DNA of 64,000 nucleotides from assembly GCF_004010195.1 (NCBI RefSeq), contig NC_057759.1, positions 1,619,069-1,683,068 on the forward strand. Reading direction: 5' to 3'. The notes under the pieces are model-generated. The model had not been told where the DNA came from, did no database searches, and was given only the letters and a program-made list of their open reading frames with translations. Position numbers and translations under genes: made by a program. Source of the DNA: Chiloscyllium plagiosum (lineage: Eukaryota). Below are positions 13,980 to 27,040 of the stretch, piece after piece (the first letter of the stretch is position 1; every line of letters begins with the position of its first letter).

Positions 13980-14260
13980 TGCAACACAACCTCCAGCAAA
14001 ACCATTCCCCAGCAGTTGCTCTAACGTTTCAAAACCAGGATTTATTCAGAAGCCCCTCAAGTGCAGGTTAAGCCTTGTCCTTTACAACAGCATTTGTGGG
14101 GCTTCCTCGTGTTACTGATAGCACGATCAGCTAAGAGGGACAAACAGAGGTGTTCAGTTGGCAGGCACAGATCATGCTTCAAAGACGTGAGTCAAAGCTG
14201 CTGAAAACCCCTGTTCAATATAGAGCCCCACATGGGACGACACATTTCATTTTTGCTGAT
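13980..14260 (+). mobile_element. Ancient RTE-like LINE C-terminal relic (copy 1 of 3)
   Basis: With one frameshift it reads RCSVGRHRSCFKDV/VKAA..PCSI.SPTWDD, resembling the RTE C-terminus RS.GG..RFKD.LK..L..C.I...W. Homologous to 20440-20700. Confidence 0.5.
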
Positions 14261-14499
14261 TTTCACAATGTTAGCACTCGATACACGAGAGAGCCAAAAA
14301 CCAAGGCCAGGGAAAGACACAGAGGGAAGTTTCACATTTAAGATAGAAACAGACATTTGATGAACTGAGAACATGTTGTGGAAACATGAGGGATAGAAAA
14401 TTCACGAGTCTGACTAATTCGAGGGGTGAGATTGTGGGGTGTCCATATCACAAAAATGAGAACATCGAATAAAGACATTGCTAGGTCAGTTAAAGTGGC

Positions 14500-16420
14500 T
14501 CAAAGAGAAAGAACAACGAACGATTCAGCACAGGAACAAACCTTTTGGTGCTCCAAACCTGTGCCGACACACTTTGCCTATTCTTACTAAAACTTTCTTA
14601 CCGGTTCTGTATCACTCTATTCCATTCGTATGCATGCATTCATCCAAGTGTTTCTTGAATGCTGCTATTGTGCCTGCTTCCACCGCCTACTGAAACTGCA
14701 TCTCCCAGGCATCCACCACTCTTTGTGTGAAAAAGCTGTCTCGCATGTCTTTTTTGAAACTACCATTCCCACCCTGTCTCGACCCCACCACCATCCTGCA
14801 GCTTGGATCTGTGTCCCCTAGAAATTCATCCCTCCACCCTGGGTAAAAACTTTTTACTTTTAACTCTGCCCATACCATCCATAATTGTTTTAAACGTCTA
14901 TCAGGCTGCCTCTCAACCTCCTGCTTTCCAGTGAAAACTAACCTGAACTAGACAAACTTTTAATTACCGAAGCACACCCCCAAACTAGGCAACATTCTGG
15001 TAAACATTTCCTGTACCGTCTCCAAAGCATCCATAACTTCCTTATGATGCAGTGACCTGCAGTGTATGCAATATTCCAAGTGTGACTGAAATAAGTTCTA
15101 AAGCTGCATCGTAACTTGTCGATCTTGGTGCTCAATGCCGCTTCCAATGCAGGCAAGCATGCCTTTTGCGTTTCTTACCACCTTACCTTCCTGCACTGCC
15201 ACGGGCAGTGGTTTGTGGACCTGCATACCCGAATCCCTCTGCATGTCACCAAAGCGTGATGCACTTCCGGATTCTGCCATTCACTGCATAATTTCCAAAG
15301 ATAATTGAACTTCCAAAATGCATCAACTCACTTTTACCTGGATTAAAGCCCATTTGCTAATTTTCTGCCGAGGCGTCCAACTGCTTTATCCTCTGATAAT
15401 TCCCCAAATTATCCACAACTCCACCAAATTTTGGATCATCTGCAAACTTCCAAAGTACACCCACCACGTTTTCCTCCAAAAGATATTTGTATTGATTATG
15501 AATAGAGGTCTCATAACTGATTCCTGTGGAACACCACTAGGCATAACGCTCCATTACGAAAAACATCCTACCTTATGTCTTCTATGATTAAGTAATTATG
15601 TATCCATCTTGCCAGCTCACCAGATACCATGAAACCTTTCCTTTTGTGCCAGTTTGCCATGCTGGACCGTGTCAAACGTTTTACTGAAGTCCATGTAGAC
15701 CACATCAACGACGTCCCCCTCATCAATCATCGTTGCCTCCTCCACAAAAGACTCGATCAAGTTAATGACGCACGACCTTCCCCACGCAAAACTCTGTTGT
15801 CTATCCCTAATATGTCCATTTGCTTCGAAATTCGCGCAGATCGAGCCTTGAGAGTCTTTTCCAATAATTTACCTACCACTGACATAAGGCTCACAAGCCC
15901 TTTATTTCCTGGATTATCCATTCCCCCCATCTTAAACAATAGGACAGGATTGGCTATTCTCCTTTGGGACCTCATTTGTGGCTAAAAACGGTAAAAATAA
16001 GTTTGTCAATGTTCCAGCAATTTGTTCCCTTGCCTCCATTAAAAGTTTAGGATACATCTCATCAGGATCTGGGAGTTAACTAAGTTGATTTTTTTTTGTA
16101 ACACACACAAGATATCTTGGTCTTTAATATCAACATGGCTTAGAAATGCGAAGCTGCCTTCCCTCTGATCATCCTCCACCAATTATTTCTCTTTGGTCAA
16201 TACTGACAAGAATATTTACTTAGGACATCACCTACCTCTACGCATAGATTGCTTGTTTTTTACTTAAGTGGGCCAATCCTTTCCTGGTGATCTCTTAGTT
16301 TTCATATATGTGTAGAAAGCTTTTGGGGTCTCCTTAATCCTGATTGCTCACGACTTTTCATGACCCCTTTTAGCTCTTCTACGTCCTTGTTTAAACTTTT
16401 TACTACTTTCCTTAAATAAA
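14500..16420 (-). mobile_element. CR1 LINE fragment
   Basis: DNPGNKGLVSLMSVVGKLLE followed by RT and 3' segments. Confidence 0.8.
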
Positions 16421-17203
16421 AAGCTTGTTAAATATAATTCTGAATCTGCCTCACAGAACCAAACCACATCACATCAGCTGGGCCAAGATTACAGCGCAGC
16501 ATGGAGAACTGTGCAGAGTATGCAAGTGTACTGCTCAGGAAACTGGACTGTTTGCCAATTATGGAGTGCAAGGCACACCCCTGCCTGTATAATGATGCCA
16601 TGATTGCAATAGGTGATTTCTTTGCACGGAGATTTGTGCAGCTTATCTTGTGTGAGACAGTGAATGCAGCTCCCATTAATTTATATCTCTATATCTTTAT
16701 TGCAAACGCACAAGATAAGTGTGTGTGTGTGTGTGTATGATTTCCAAGCTGGCACACATGGAAGCAATCATTTGAAACATGAACAACTCGTAAGGATTTG
16801 TGAGATCGACAGAGAGAGAGACTGACGGACGTTTCATGGACAGATGTGTTGGTGTGCTTGAGAATTTTAAAATAAAAGCATTGCCAGAACAAATATCAAC
16901 TTAGATCAGTGCGCACAGGAATGATGTGTAGAAGGGATTTTCACATGAGTTCGGATACAAACCATGGATTATCGACTCAGATTTGCTTTTGCAGGTTTGA
17001 CCCTGGAACTCTCATCAGCAGATTATTGGCATCATTAGATTGCATTTCATAGCGGAAGGTTCAAATAGCAAATGGGATGAGCCAGTGATGTATATGCTGG
17101 AGGTATTAGCAGTTAAAATTAAGAATGGTCAGGGTTTAAGCTCATGGACAAAGTAATCACCACAGTTATGACTCATCTGGTTTAGTCTCAAAGATATTGG
17201 CCA

Positions 17204-17655
17204 GCGAAGGGACAGAGTCAGAGTAAGGAAATAGGGTTTGTAACCAAAGCAGAAGACCTTAATGGTCCAATCATTTGAATAGAAAAAGCAGTGATACAAT
17301 TAATCGTGACTCACAGCTGAAATTGAGTAGGTCAGTGAAGAGACCCACGAGGAACACTGCCAGAAGCAAAGAGAGTGAATGAAGAAGATCACTGAATCAA
17401 TTGACAGTTCGTATACAGTAAATGTCTGGCGAAGGGACAGAGTCAGAGTAAGGAAATAGGGTTTGTAACCAAAGCAGAAGACCTTAATGGTCCAATCATT
17501 TGAATAGAAAAAGCAGTGATACAATTAATCGTGACTCACAGCTGAAATTGAGTAGGTCAGTGAAGAGACCCACGAGGAACACTGCCAGAAACAAAGAGAG
17601 TGAATGAAGAAGATCACTGAATCAATTAACAGTTCGTTATAGAGTAAATGTCTGG
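17204..17655. repeat. Near-identical tandem duplication (225 bp x2) within an ancient minus-strand L2 relic
   Basis: GCGAAGGGACAGAGTCAGAG starts at 17204 and 17429. The minus strand reads SVPRGSLH*P, similar to L2 RT GVPQGS.LGP. Confidence 0.9.
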
Positions 17656-17764
17656 AGTCAGATTCTTAACAGGAACCATAGCAGTGGCAGCTAGTGCAGA
17701 GTAAATTATTGACTTTGCTTAATTGCTGCTTCTAATCTTAAGGGCCCTGTCATTAAATCCTTTC

Positions 17765-19465
17765 ATAATCGAGTCACAGAGTCATAGAGATGTACAGCGT
17801 GGAAACAGACCCTTCGGTCCAACCCGTCCATGCCTACCAGACATCCCAACTCAATCTCGTCCCACCTGCCATCACCCGGCCCATATCCCTCCAAACCCTT
17901 CCGATTCACAAATCCATCCAAATGTCTCTGAAATGTTGAAATTGTATAAGCCTCCACCACTTCCTGAGGCAGCTCATTCCACACACGTACCACCTTCTGC
18001 GTGAAAAAGTTGCCCCTTAGGCCTCTTTTATATCTTTCCCCACTCACTCAAAACCTATGCCATCTAGTTCTGGACTCCCCAACACCAGGGAAAAGACTTT
18101 GCCTATTTATTCTATCCATGCCCTTCATAACTTTGTAAACCTCTATAAGGTCACCCCTCAGCCTCCGACGCTCCAGGGAAAACAGCCCCAGCCTGTTCAT
18201 CCTCTCCCTGTAGCTCAGATTCTCCAACCCTGGCAACATCCTTGTAAATCATTTCTGAACAATTTCAAGTTTCACAACATCTTTCCGATAGGAAGGAGAC
18301 CAGAATTGCACGCAATATTCCAACAGTGGCCATACCAATGTCCTGTACAGCCGCAACGTGACCTCCCAACCCCTGTACTCAATACTCTGGCCAATAAAGG
18401 AAAGCATACCAAATGCCTTCTTCACTCTGCTATCTACCTGCGACTCTAATTTTAAGGAGCTATGAACCTGCACTCCGAGGTCTCTTTGTTCAGTAACACT
18501 CCCTGGGATCTTACCAATAAATGTATAAGACCTGCAACAAGTTGTTTTCCCAAAATGCAGCACCTCGCATTTATCTGAATTAAACTCCATCTGCCAAGTC
18601 TCAGCCCATTGGCCCATCTGGTCAAGATCCTGTTGTAATCTGAGGTAACCCGCTTCGCTGTCCACTACACCTCCAATTTTGATGTCATCTGCAAACTTAC
18701 TAACTGTACCTCTAATGCGCGCATCCAAATCATTTATGTAAATGACAAAAAAGTAGAGTACCCAGCACTGATCCTTGTGGCACTCCACTGGTCACAGGCC
18801 TCCAGTCTGAAAAACAACCCTCCACTACCACCCTCTGTCTTCTACCTTTGAGCTAGTTCTGTATCCAAATAGCTAGTTCTCTCTGCATTCCACGAGATCT
18901 AACCTTGCTAATCAGTCTCCCATGGGGTACCTTGTCGAACGCTTTACTGAAGTCCATATAGATCCCATCTACTGCTCCGCCCTCTGCAAACTTCTTTGTT
19001 ACTTCATCAAAAACCCCATCAAGTTTGTGAGACATGATTTCCCACGCGCAAAGCCATGTTGACTATCCCTCATCAGTCCTTCCCTTTCCAAGTGCATGTG
19101 CATCCTGTGCCTCACGATTCCCTCCAAGAACTTGTCCACCACCGAGGTCATGCTCACTGATCTATAGTGACACCACGTTTGCCAACCTCCAGTCTTCTGG
19201 CACCTCACCTGTGACTATCAATGATACAAATATTTGAGCAAGAGTCCCAGCAATCACTTCTCTGGCTTCCCACAGAGTTCTCGGATTCACCTGATCAGGT
19301 CCTGGGGATTTATCCACCTTTAACCGTTTCAAGACATCCAGCACTTCCTCCTCTGTAATCTGGAAATTTTGCAAGATGTCATCATCTATTTCCCTAAGTC
19401 TTTATCTACCATATCCTTTTCCACAGTAAATACTTATGCAAAATATTCATTTAGTATCTCCCCCA
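17765..19465 (-). mobile_element. Relatively young CR1 (HER1-type) LINE, 5'-truncated
   Basis: KSPGPDQV, YMDFSKAFDKVPHG, YINDLD..SKFADD, LEYCVQFWSP and a (GACTCT) tail. Confidence 0.93.
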
Positions 19466-20294
19466 ATCTTGAGACATCATTCAGAGGATTGAGACTGTTG
19501 AACATGAACAGAAGGAAGCAATTCTGTCCCAATGCGCCTGTTGCAGATGGTTAGGAGAAGGCCTTCCAGTCCCCTCTAGCCTGTACCAACTTAAAAAGGT
19601 ACAAAATTGAAATGTTATCGCATTATGCAAAGGGAATCATTCAAAGCATAAAGAAGTGTCCCTGCAGCTTTCCGAGGTCTTACTGAGAGGTCGCTTGAAG
19701 TACATTGTGTTGTTTGCATTCCCTCAACTGAGAAGGGAGGAAACTCCATCAGATGCAATTTACCTGCTGCTCATTATCCACAGTTTGTTGTGCTTTTAAT
19801 ATCTCGTCTTGTTACAGAGGGAGAGGAGTCCAGCATTCAGCCATTCACGCGTGTTACAAAGGAACAAGAAGTGGGCATTCAGCTTCGCAACTCTGTCTTG
19901 CGAAAGCACAGCCAGTCAGCTTGATTGCTGAATTACAGAGAGAGAGAGAGAAAAAAAACATAAATTGATTGTTCAGATTTTAAGCATGTTTTATAGAAAC
20001 AGCAGAAAGGCTTTCAATCAATAGAAGCTGTACGGTGTGTGAAGAGACCAATCAGTCCCACAATTCGATTGCTGCAGAGTAGCTGGAGACCACCTAGCTA
20101 TTCGAGTCTGTTACCCAGCCGCAGGAGGAGGACATAAAATCTCAAAAGCCTGGTGCACAGGGACAGGGGATGGTTATGCGCCTGTTCGACACTGGTCAAC
20201 AGGAAAATATGGAGGCCTCTCCGCTAATATAGTACACTAACACAGAAGGAGGATTGGCTTGTTACAGACAGAAATATAAAGTAATCCTCGTTAC

Positions 20295-20720
20295 ATTTTA
20301 CAGAGAATCCCCTCTCTGCTGCCTCTGCTCCATTTGTTGGTAATGTTACACACCCAGATGATGTCACAACAGTCAATCTGACTCAGCCAGATTGGGTCAC
20401 CAAAACCTGTGTTTTCCTAAAGAGCCACAGCAGCATAAAACACAACCTCCAGGAAGCCTTGCATCGCATTTTCGCTAATGTTCCAAAACAAGAATGAAGT
20501 CAAGCACCACTCGACTCCAGGTTAGTAGCTATTCTAAATCATTAACAGTCGAGGAGATTCCTCATGTTACTGAATGTGATCAGCAGACAGAGACTAACAA
20601 AGATGTTCAGTGGGCGGGCACAGAACTATTTACAAAGAAATACTTCAAAGCTGTTGAGACCCCCTGTCCAACACGAAGCAGCACACAGGACACCAAGATG
20701 AAGGAAATCGCAAGCCATAC
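20295..20720 (+). mobile_element. Ancient RTE-like LINE relic (copy 2 of 3)
   Basis: Frameshifted FYR...C..W, N..E.L...ANVP..E, RL..........IP and RCSVGGHR..K. Homologous to both 13980-14260 and 26840-27040. Confidence 0.5.
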
Positions 20721-21789
20721 TTTTAAAAAAATGTTTATGAGCTTATCCCGGTGATCCAGGGTGAGCAACATCAAAAGCCAGTGGAAGGTAGGGAAAAATT
20801 ATGCATGTTAAATCTGGTCAATTAACAATGGGCAACACGTTACAGAAATATGGGAAAACCTAGAGGGAAGGGAACATCCAAAGGTGTCACATTCTGGAGG
20901 TTCCAATCACAACAATGAGAACATAAAATAAAGACATTCCCATATCAGCTGAAATAATTAATTACCTCACATTCTCAATCCACCTCACAGAGTCGGCCCA
21001 AATATCATAAACCCATATATCTGTGCAACAAAGAGCACTCTGTACACTAGGCTAGTGTCCTGCTCAAAAAATTCCAGCAATCAGTCCAGAATGGAACACT
21101 GCGCAGACCACGTCAGTACATTAATCTATAAACTGAGATGACGTAGCTGTCCAACACGGGCCAGTGCATCAGTCTGCAAACGTAGTGTAAACCCAGGCGA
21201 GATATCTATCCACCACGGAGACCTGCACTGTGAACAGCGTTGAATTTATCTGCAAACCTGCTGAAATTAGCCTCTCCTGTAGAGCCGTGTAGATCACAAC
21301 GGTACATTGCTCGGTTACAATGTATGAGATCGTTGCCCAGCGTGGGGAAACTTGCAGCCCATGCTGTAAGTGACAGGATGTGCAGCTCCAATCCGTTTAC
21401 AGCTCCATAACGTAATTCTGCGCTGTCAAGGGATGTTGGGGATGTGTGAATCACTGATCGAGAGAGATGTGAGGAGATCAATATTAATAACAACAAGGGA
21501 TGGGGTGTGTAGCAGATACAGACTAAGGGTAGGATAGAGACAAAATATAATGAAAAGATGTGCTCACAGAATTACGAATGCTGAAATAAACAAGTTTCTA
21601 CAGCATCTTCGAACATTGGTCAACATTTCCAGGAATGGTGGGTGAATGGGTTATTGGTGAGATTTCATGATGGAGTGTATTGGATGAGCATTTGTTCTAC
21701 ATGAATACTTTGCCTCGGTGTTATTTTCATTGATTATGAGAGAGGAATCATTAATACGAGGACGAACTAGTTTTTGGCGCTATCTTATT

Positions 21790-22480
21790 CAACTTACCTC
21801 ATTAACTACCAACTCCACCCCATGACATCCCTGTATTCAATGCCAGCCCGATTCTCCCATCTATCGTGGCTGGTGATATTCACCATCGACCAGATATCCC
21901 TAGGTTTTCCATAATCCCTGGCACAGGTGCCATCCTTCAGAGGCCAATGGGTATATATCTCTGGGACATACGCACCAAACAACCTCACCGCCCTGTGTTC
22001 GACCACTTCATGTTCCCCCTCCCTTTCCCCACTGACATGTTACTCCTCGGCCTCCTTCACCTTCAAATCCAAGCCACCTGGCGACTGGAGAGAGAACGCC
22101 TCATCTTCCACTTTTGGACCCTGCAACCACAAGGCATGTATGTCGACTTCACCATTTTCCTCATCTCCCCTCCGCCTACCTCATCCCAGATCCAACCCTC
22201 CAATTCGGCATTACTCTTTTGAATTGTCCGAGGTGTCCATTCTCCTTCCTACATATCCGCTCCCTTCCAAGCTATCATTATCACGCCCACCGAAATCTAC
22301 GTATTGTCTTCCTAGCCACCTTCCCCGAAACCACTTGCTCCTATTTATCTCCCAGTCTTCTTTGCACACCCCACAACCAGCTATTTATTCCTGATGAAGG
22401 GTCTGTGCCCTGAACATCGAATTTCCTGTTCCTCGGATGCTGCCTGATAATCTCGGTTTTTCCAGTGCCATACTTATCGA
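21790..22480 (+). mobile_element. PLE 3' fragment (GIY-YIG end and terminus)
   Basis: RLERERLIFHFWTLQPQGMYVDF, followed by ATTCCTGATGAAGGG...GGATGCTGCC terminus. Confidence 0.82.
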
Positions 22481-23214
22481 AGATGGATTATGAGCACTCT
22501 CTCCCACCCAGAGAGAGCATAAAGATATCTGGATTTATGATATTTGGGCCGACTCTGTCGGGAGCTGCTTTGTACAACTTTCCACGAGCATAGCACGTAA
22601 CAGGCAATTAAACCACGATTCGTTGATTGGGGCACTGAGATCCTGATTGATTGACTAATGCGGAATGGTAGCCACACCTCCAGAACTGAGCTCACCACCC
22701 AGCACATTGTGGTATCTGCATTCTGAAAAAAATGTCCAGGAATACAGGGCAAGCATCAATAGCCTTCCCCATTTTGCCAGGATAAGTGTCCCTGTATCCT
22801 CTCTGCTCCCTCACACTCACTGTATATCTGTTATAGCACGCAGCCCCGAACAAGGCTCATGTTTCAACACTCTCATTACTGCATGTATCACCTGCCCTCT
22901 CTCTCTGTCTCGCCTCCACGATTTTTATGCACTGAAAACTATGCATGGATGAAACACTCTCGACTGATCCAATCCGAACACCTCACTACTTTCCCCTACA
23001 TAGCACGACCAGCTCAAATAGCAGGGCCACCAGCGCAACCATCACTTACTCCCTCTCTTGCTATCATTTCAGGGGAAACAGCCTGTAATAGGATAGAAAG
23101 GACCAAGCCGGGTGGAGTGCCTGTCATTTTTCGTTAACATACCCCCTACTTCTGCACGAGTTGGGCTGAACTGCCTATTTCCACACCTTAGGGAATCTAA
23201 TTCGATTAATTACC

Positions 23215-23800
23215 CCTCGTGCCTTTTTGACATCTTTACTCCTGTAACTTTAAAATAATCCCCTAATCTTGAGATCCCCCATCTGAGGGAAAAAGAACCT
23301 GCCATTCACGTTACCTATAACCATCATGATTTAAAACAAACTCTACAACATCAGCCCTCAACCTCCAGGGCTACAGTGAAAAACGTCCACGCACATTCAG
23401 CCTCTACTTAAAGCTCAAAGAATTCGTTCCCATCAACATCCTGTCATATCTCTTCTGAACTCTCTCCAGCTTAATAATATTCTTCCTATAACTACCAGAA
23501 CTGAACACAATATTCCAGAAGATGCCTCAACAACGTTCTGTAAAATCTCAATATGACGTCCAAAATTCTAATATCAAGGCTCTGAACAATGAAGGCAGCA
23601 TATTAAACGATATCTTAATCACCCTGTCTACATGTGAAACAAACTTCAATGACTTATACCTGACGGCCGAGCCTCTGCTCTCCAACACAAGGAAAGCCCT
23701 ACTTTCAATTGTGTAAGCTCTGACCTGACTTGTTTGACCAAAACACATCTCACATTTATCCAAATTAAACTCCATCTGCCATATTTCAGCGCAGTTACTG
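23215..23800 (-). mobile_element. CR1 LINE RT/3' fragment
   Basis: WQMEFNLDKCEM and HVDRVIK. Confidence 0.8.
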
Positions 23801-26123
23801 ATATTCCTACACCCCACACTACCTTTTCCTTTTGGAAGACCCTCTTCCTTCCAGGAAACCTACAAACTCTGGCCTTGATTTTCACAGACACCCTGAGCCT
23901 TTAACAGGCAGGAGGTGTTGGTGTTGGATTGTAGACCCAGCCAGCGGTGAGGAGAAGTTGGAATATAATTAGCTGACTGGCATCATTGAATGTTTTCTAG
24001 AAGAGGGCAGTGATACGTTGGAGGTGCGAAATAGTGATATGCAATCCAGCCTGTTGGGGCTGGAAGACATGCTCTCTCATCGCCTCTGGTGTTCTGGAAT
24101 AATATCTATTTGTGACCTTTCATAGAGCAAAGTGTGACTGCACGATTTCTTTCCCTAATATTGCATTCTCGAGATAATAGCCATTTAAATGGAAATCATA
24201 GCCAATGAATTAAAGATGTTAATAGTTAATCTCAATAGCAGAGAACATGCAATCAACATCCTATACTAGAGGCAAATACCTTGCATTTGTTATACAATGA
24301 AAAATATTTTCTGTGTGTTCAGTAAAGTTAAGCAGAAGTTTTAAAATCCACACAGAGCTTAAAGCTCGCACTTGAAATGTGATTCAAAATATGTCCGTGG
24401 TTTAGGGTTTTATTTCGTGGGCAGCACTCATACATCTGAGCCAAAGTTCTGGATGCGATTCCAATTCGTGATCCTGTGTTACTATTCCTAGGTCTGGGCC
24501 AGAAGTCCTAGGTTCATGTCAGAACAGGTTGGCAAACAAGCACACAGGAGAGTAATATTACAGCTTCAGGGACTATTGCAGTATGATGGTAGTATCTATA
24601 CCTCTGGCCCAAAGATCTACACTCAAATCCCACAAAGGTGTTTCATAATATTTCTGATAAAGTTGTATAAAATTATTTTAGAGTTATGAATTGATTGAGA
24701 AGGAAAAGGCATCAGTATTGAATTTCATAATTCAGGATGACTAAAACATCGTCATTAATGTTGATTGGAGTAAAATTTACAACTTATGAACGTTTGTAAA
24801 ATCATGAGGGTCGTGGAAAGTAATGATCTTTTCCCCAGTGTAGGGGATTTCAAGATAAAAAGGCAAAGGGTTAAGGAGAGTGGGGAAAGAATCAATGGAG
24901 AGCGTGATGCGTGTATGAAATTAACTGCCCGAGTAAGTGGTGGAGGCTGGTACAATTCCAACATTTAAACAACATCTGGATGGATAGAGGAATATGAAGG
25001 GTTCAGAAGGATATGCCAAATGCTGGCAAACGACACTAGGTTATTCAGATAATCGGATATCTGTTGAGCCATGGACGAGCTGAACTGAAGGGTATGTTTC
25101 CATGTTGTATATCTTTATGATTAATTGATCCATTTGATCAAGACCTCTTTGTAATCATGGATAACAATCTTGGTGTCATTTGCAAACTTCTTAATATTGC
25201 CTTCTATAATTCTAATCTAAATCATTTATTATAAATGACAAACAAAAGTGGATTCAGCACTGATCCCCGTGGAATACCGCTGGTCACAGGCCTCCAGTCT
25301 GAAAAATAAACAACTACCCACCACAATCCTGTCTGCTGCGATTGAGCAGGAAAACACACGCACACAGACGTGCTCGCATAAAGATATACAGAGAGCACAG
25401 GTACAATCGTCTCTTTAAGATAGAGATATAAATGCTTTGACTAATAAAGGGATCAAGGGTTATGGTGAGAAGGCAAGATAATTATTTTGAGAAACATGTC
25501 AGGCACCATCAAACAGCAGAGCAGACTCGATGGCCCAATTTTTATGCTCTATGATCTTCAGGTATCAGGAAATAACTGCCAAAGAGAGCAGTGAAGGCTG
25601 TGTTTGATAATACTTTATTGAACAGAGTAGTGGGAAAGTGAGATAGGTTTGAGGGGTTAAATTGCCTACATCTGTTCCAACTTTGTTGTACCCTTACTTC
25701 TTAAATGAAGATATGACTTGCTGTGAGCTGACCAGCAAGTCAAATGGAATTTTGTCCTTCATTGTTAATGGGGCTGAATTTAAAAGCAGTGAGTTAATGT
25801 TACAGTTGGACACACTGGTGATGACACACCTGGAGTATTGTGTGCAGATTTGATCTCCTTACTTAACTAAAGAATGTACTGGCACTGGATAGGGTGCAGA
25901 AGAGGTTAACTAGGCTGATTCCAGAGTTGAGAGAGTTGCGGGACAGGTTGAGTACATTGGGATAGTCGTCATTGGAATTGAGAAGAATGATGGGGGATCT
26001 TGTCGAAACATAAAATTCTGAAGGGAATCAATAAAATAGATGCTTCCACTGGTATGTGATGCTAGGGCAAGAGGGCATGGCCTCACGATTAGAGGAGAAC
26101 TGAACTGAGAAGGAACCTCCAGT

Positions 26124-26455
26124 GGGTGGCACGGTGGCACAGTGAGTGGCACGATGGCATAGTGGTTAGCACTGCTGCCTCACAGTGCCAGAGATCCGGG
26201 ATCAATTCCCGCCTCAGGCGACTGACTGTGTGGAGTTTCCAAATTACCCCCGTGTCTGCGTGGGTTTCCTCCAGGTGCTCCGATTTCCTCCCACAGTCCA
26301 AAAATGTGCAGGTTGGGTGAATTGGCCATGCTAAGTTGCCTGTAGGATTAGGGGTAGGGGAAAATATAGGGGAATGGGTCTGGGTGGGTTGCTCTTCGGA
26401 GGGTCAGTGTGGGCCGAACGGCCTGTTTCCACACTATAAGTAAACTAAGCTAATC
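26124..26455 (+). mobile_element. HE1-type SINE with duplicated head, inserted in a CR1 3' fragment (~25700-26600)
   Basis: GTGGCACGGTGGCACAGTG followed by GTGGCACGATGGCATAGTGG, then an intact body. CR1 sequence resumes at TCTTCACCCAG. Confidence 0.88.
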
Positions 26456-26839
26456 TCTTCACCCAGAAGGTTGTTAATCTATAGAATTACTTGCCCAGGG
26501 AAGTAGTTGATGCTACTTCAGTAATCACTTTTAAGGCAAAGGTAGATACGTTTTTGAAAATGAAGACATTAAGAGTTATAGTGAAAACACGGGTGCTGGT
26601 TGGAAAAGGATCAAAGTGCATCATTACCCACACCTGCTCCTCTGTCAAATGTTTCTATGTTCCATTCAATCCCTCAAATCTGCTGGACCAGTGCAGTTGG
26701 AGGCCTCTTACTGCTTTCACCTAGTGCACAGAAACAGAGGATATCATTCAGTCAATCAAGACTGTCACACACGGTTTGGGGTGAATTGCAAAATGGAATT
26801 TGAAAACCCAGCAGATAACGAAATACATCCCTCTTCTCT

Positions 26840-27040
26840 CTTTACAGAGTTAACCCTCTCAGGAACTTGTGCTTCAGTTGTTGGTCATGTTATAGACCCA
26901 GAATCACTGTGAATACAGCCCCAATTGATCACCCAGAGACGACTCAAACAATCCCGTGGTTTTCCTGACTGCATCATTCAATAACAGAACTTACAGGAAA
27001 ATAACAACCACTAACTTTCCAATAATAGAATGAGAAGGTC
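26840..27040 (+). mobile_element. Ancient RTE-like relic (copy 3 of 3)
   Basis: Aligns by eye to 20297-20500: TTTACAGAG, TTGTTGGT.ATGTTA.A.ACCCAGA, GTTTTCCT, CTAA..TTCCAA.A..AGAATGA. Confidence 0.45.

Noticed and set aside
13920..14130. Minus-strand LTIQDV*SE, V-set Ig-like, behind an apparent acceptor
   Set aside because: There is no Y.C motif, and the region overlaps the RTE-like relic.
16428..16676. Minus ORF with ISC, LYRQG and AQFSM, faintly like a C2 Ig domain
   Set aside because: It has no G.Y.C strand and no convincing splice sites.
17310..17585. Duplicated 42-nt phase-1 mini-exon (FLVGLFTDLLNFS) with good splice sites on the minus strand
   Set aside because: It lies in an L2 RT relic (GVPQGS-like motif) with no supported partner exons. 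Exonisation cannot be shown without RNA data.
20300..20560. Minus-strand GDPIWLSQIDC (SRCR-like) and EWC (TIR-like) peptides
   Set aside because: Substitutions between the paralogous copies favour a plus-strand frame resembling an RTE C-terminus, and the motifs are not kept in the other copies.
21225..21231. CACTGTG/CACAGTG heptamers here and elsewhere as possible V(D)J recombination signals
   Set aside because: At this site there is no nonamer at 12/23 spacing and no V, D or J segment. Several other heptamers lie within SINEs.
21206..21496. Minus ORF with AMYRC and PVTYS, resembling an Ig domain exon
   Set aside because: The order PVT..., LG..L, DL......SRFADK fits a decayed CR1 RT ([13 protein letters not shown]...NDL...SKFADD) better.
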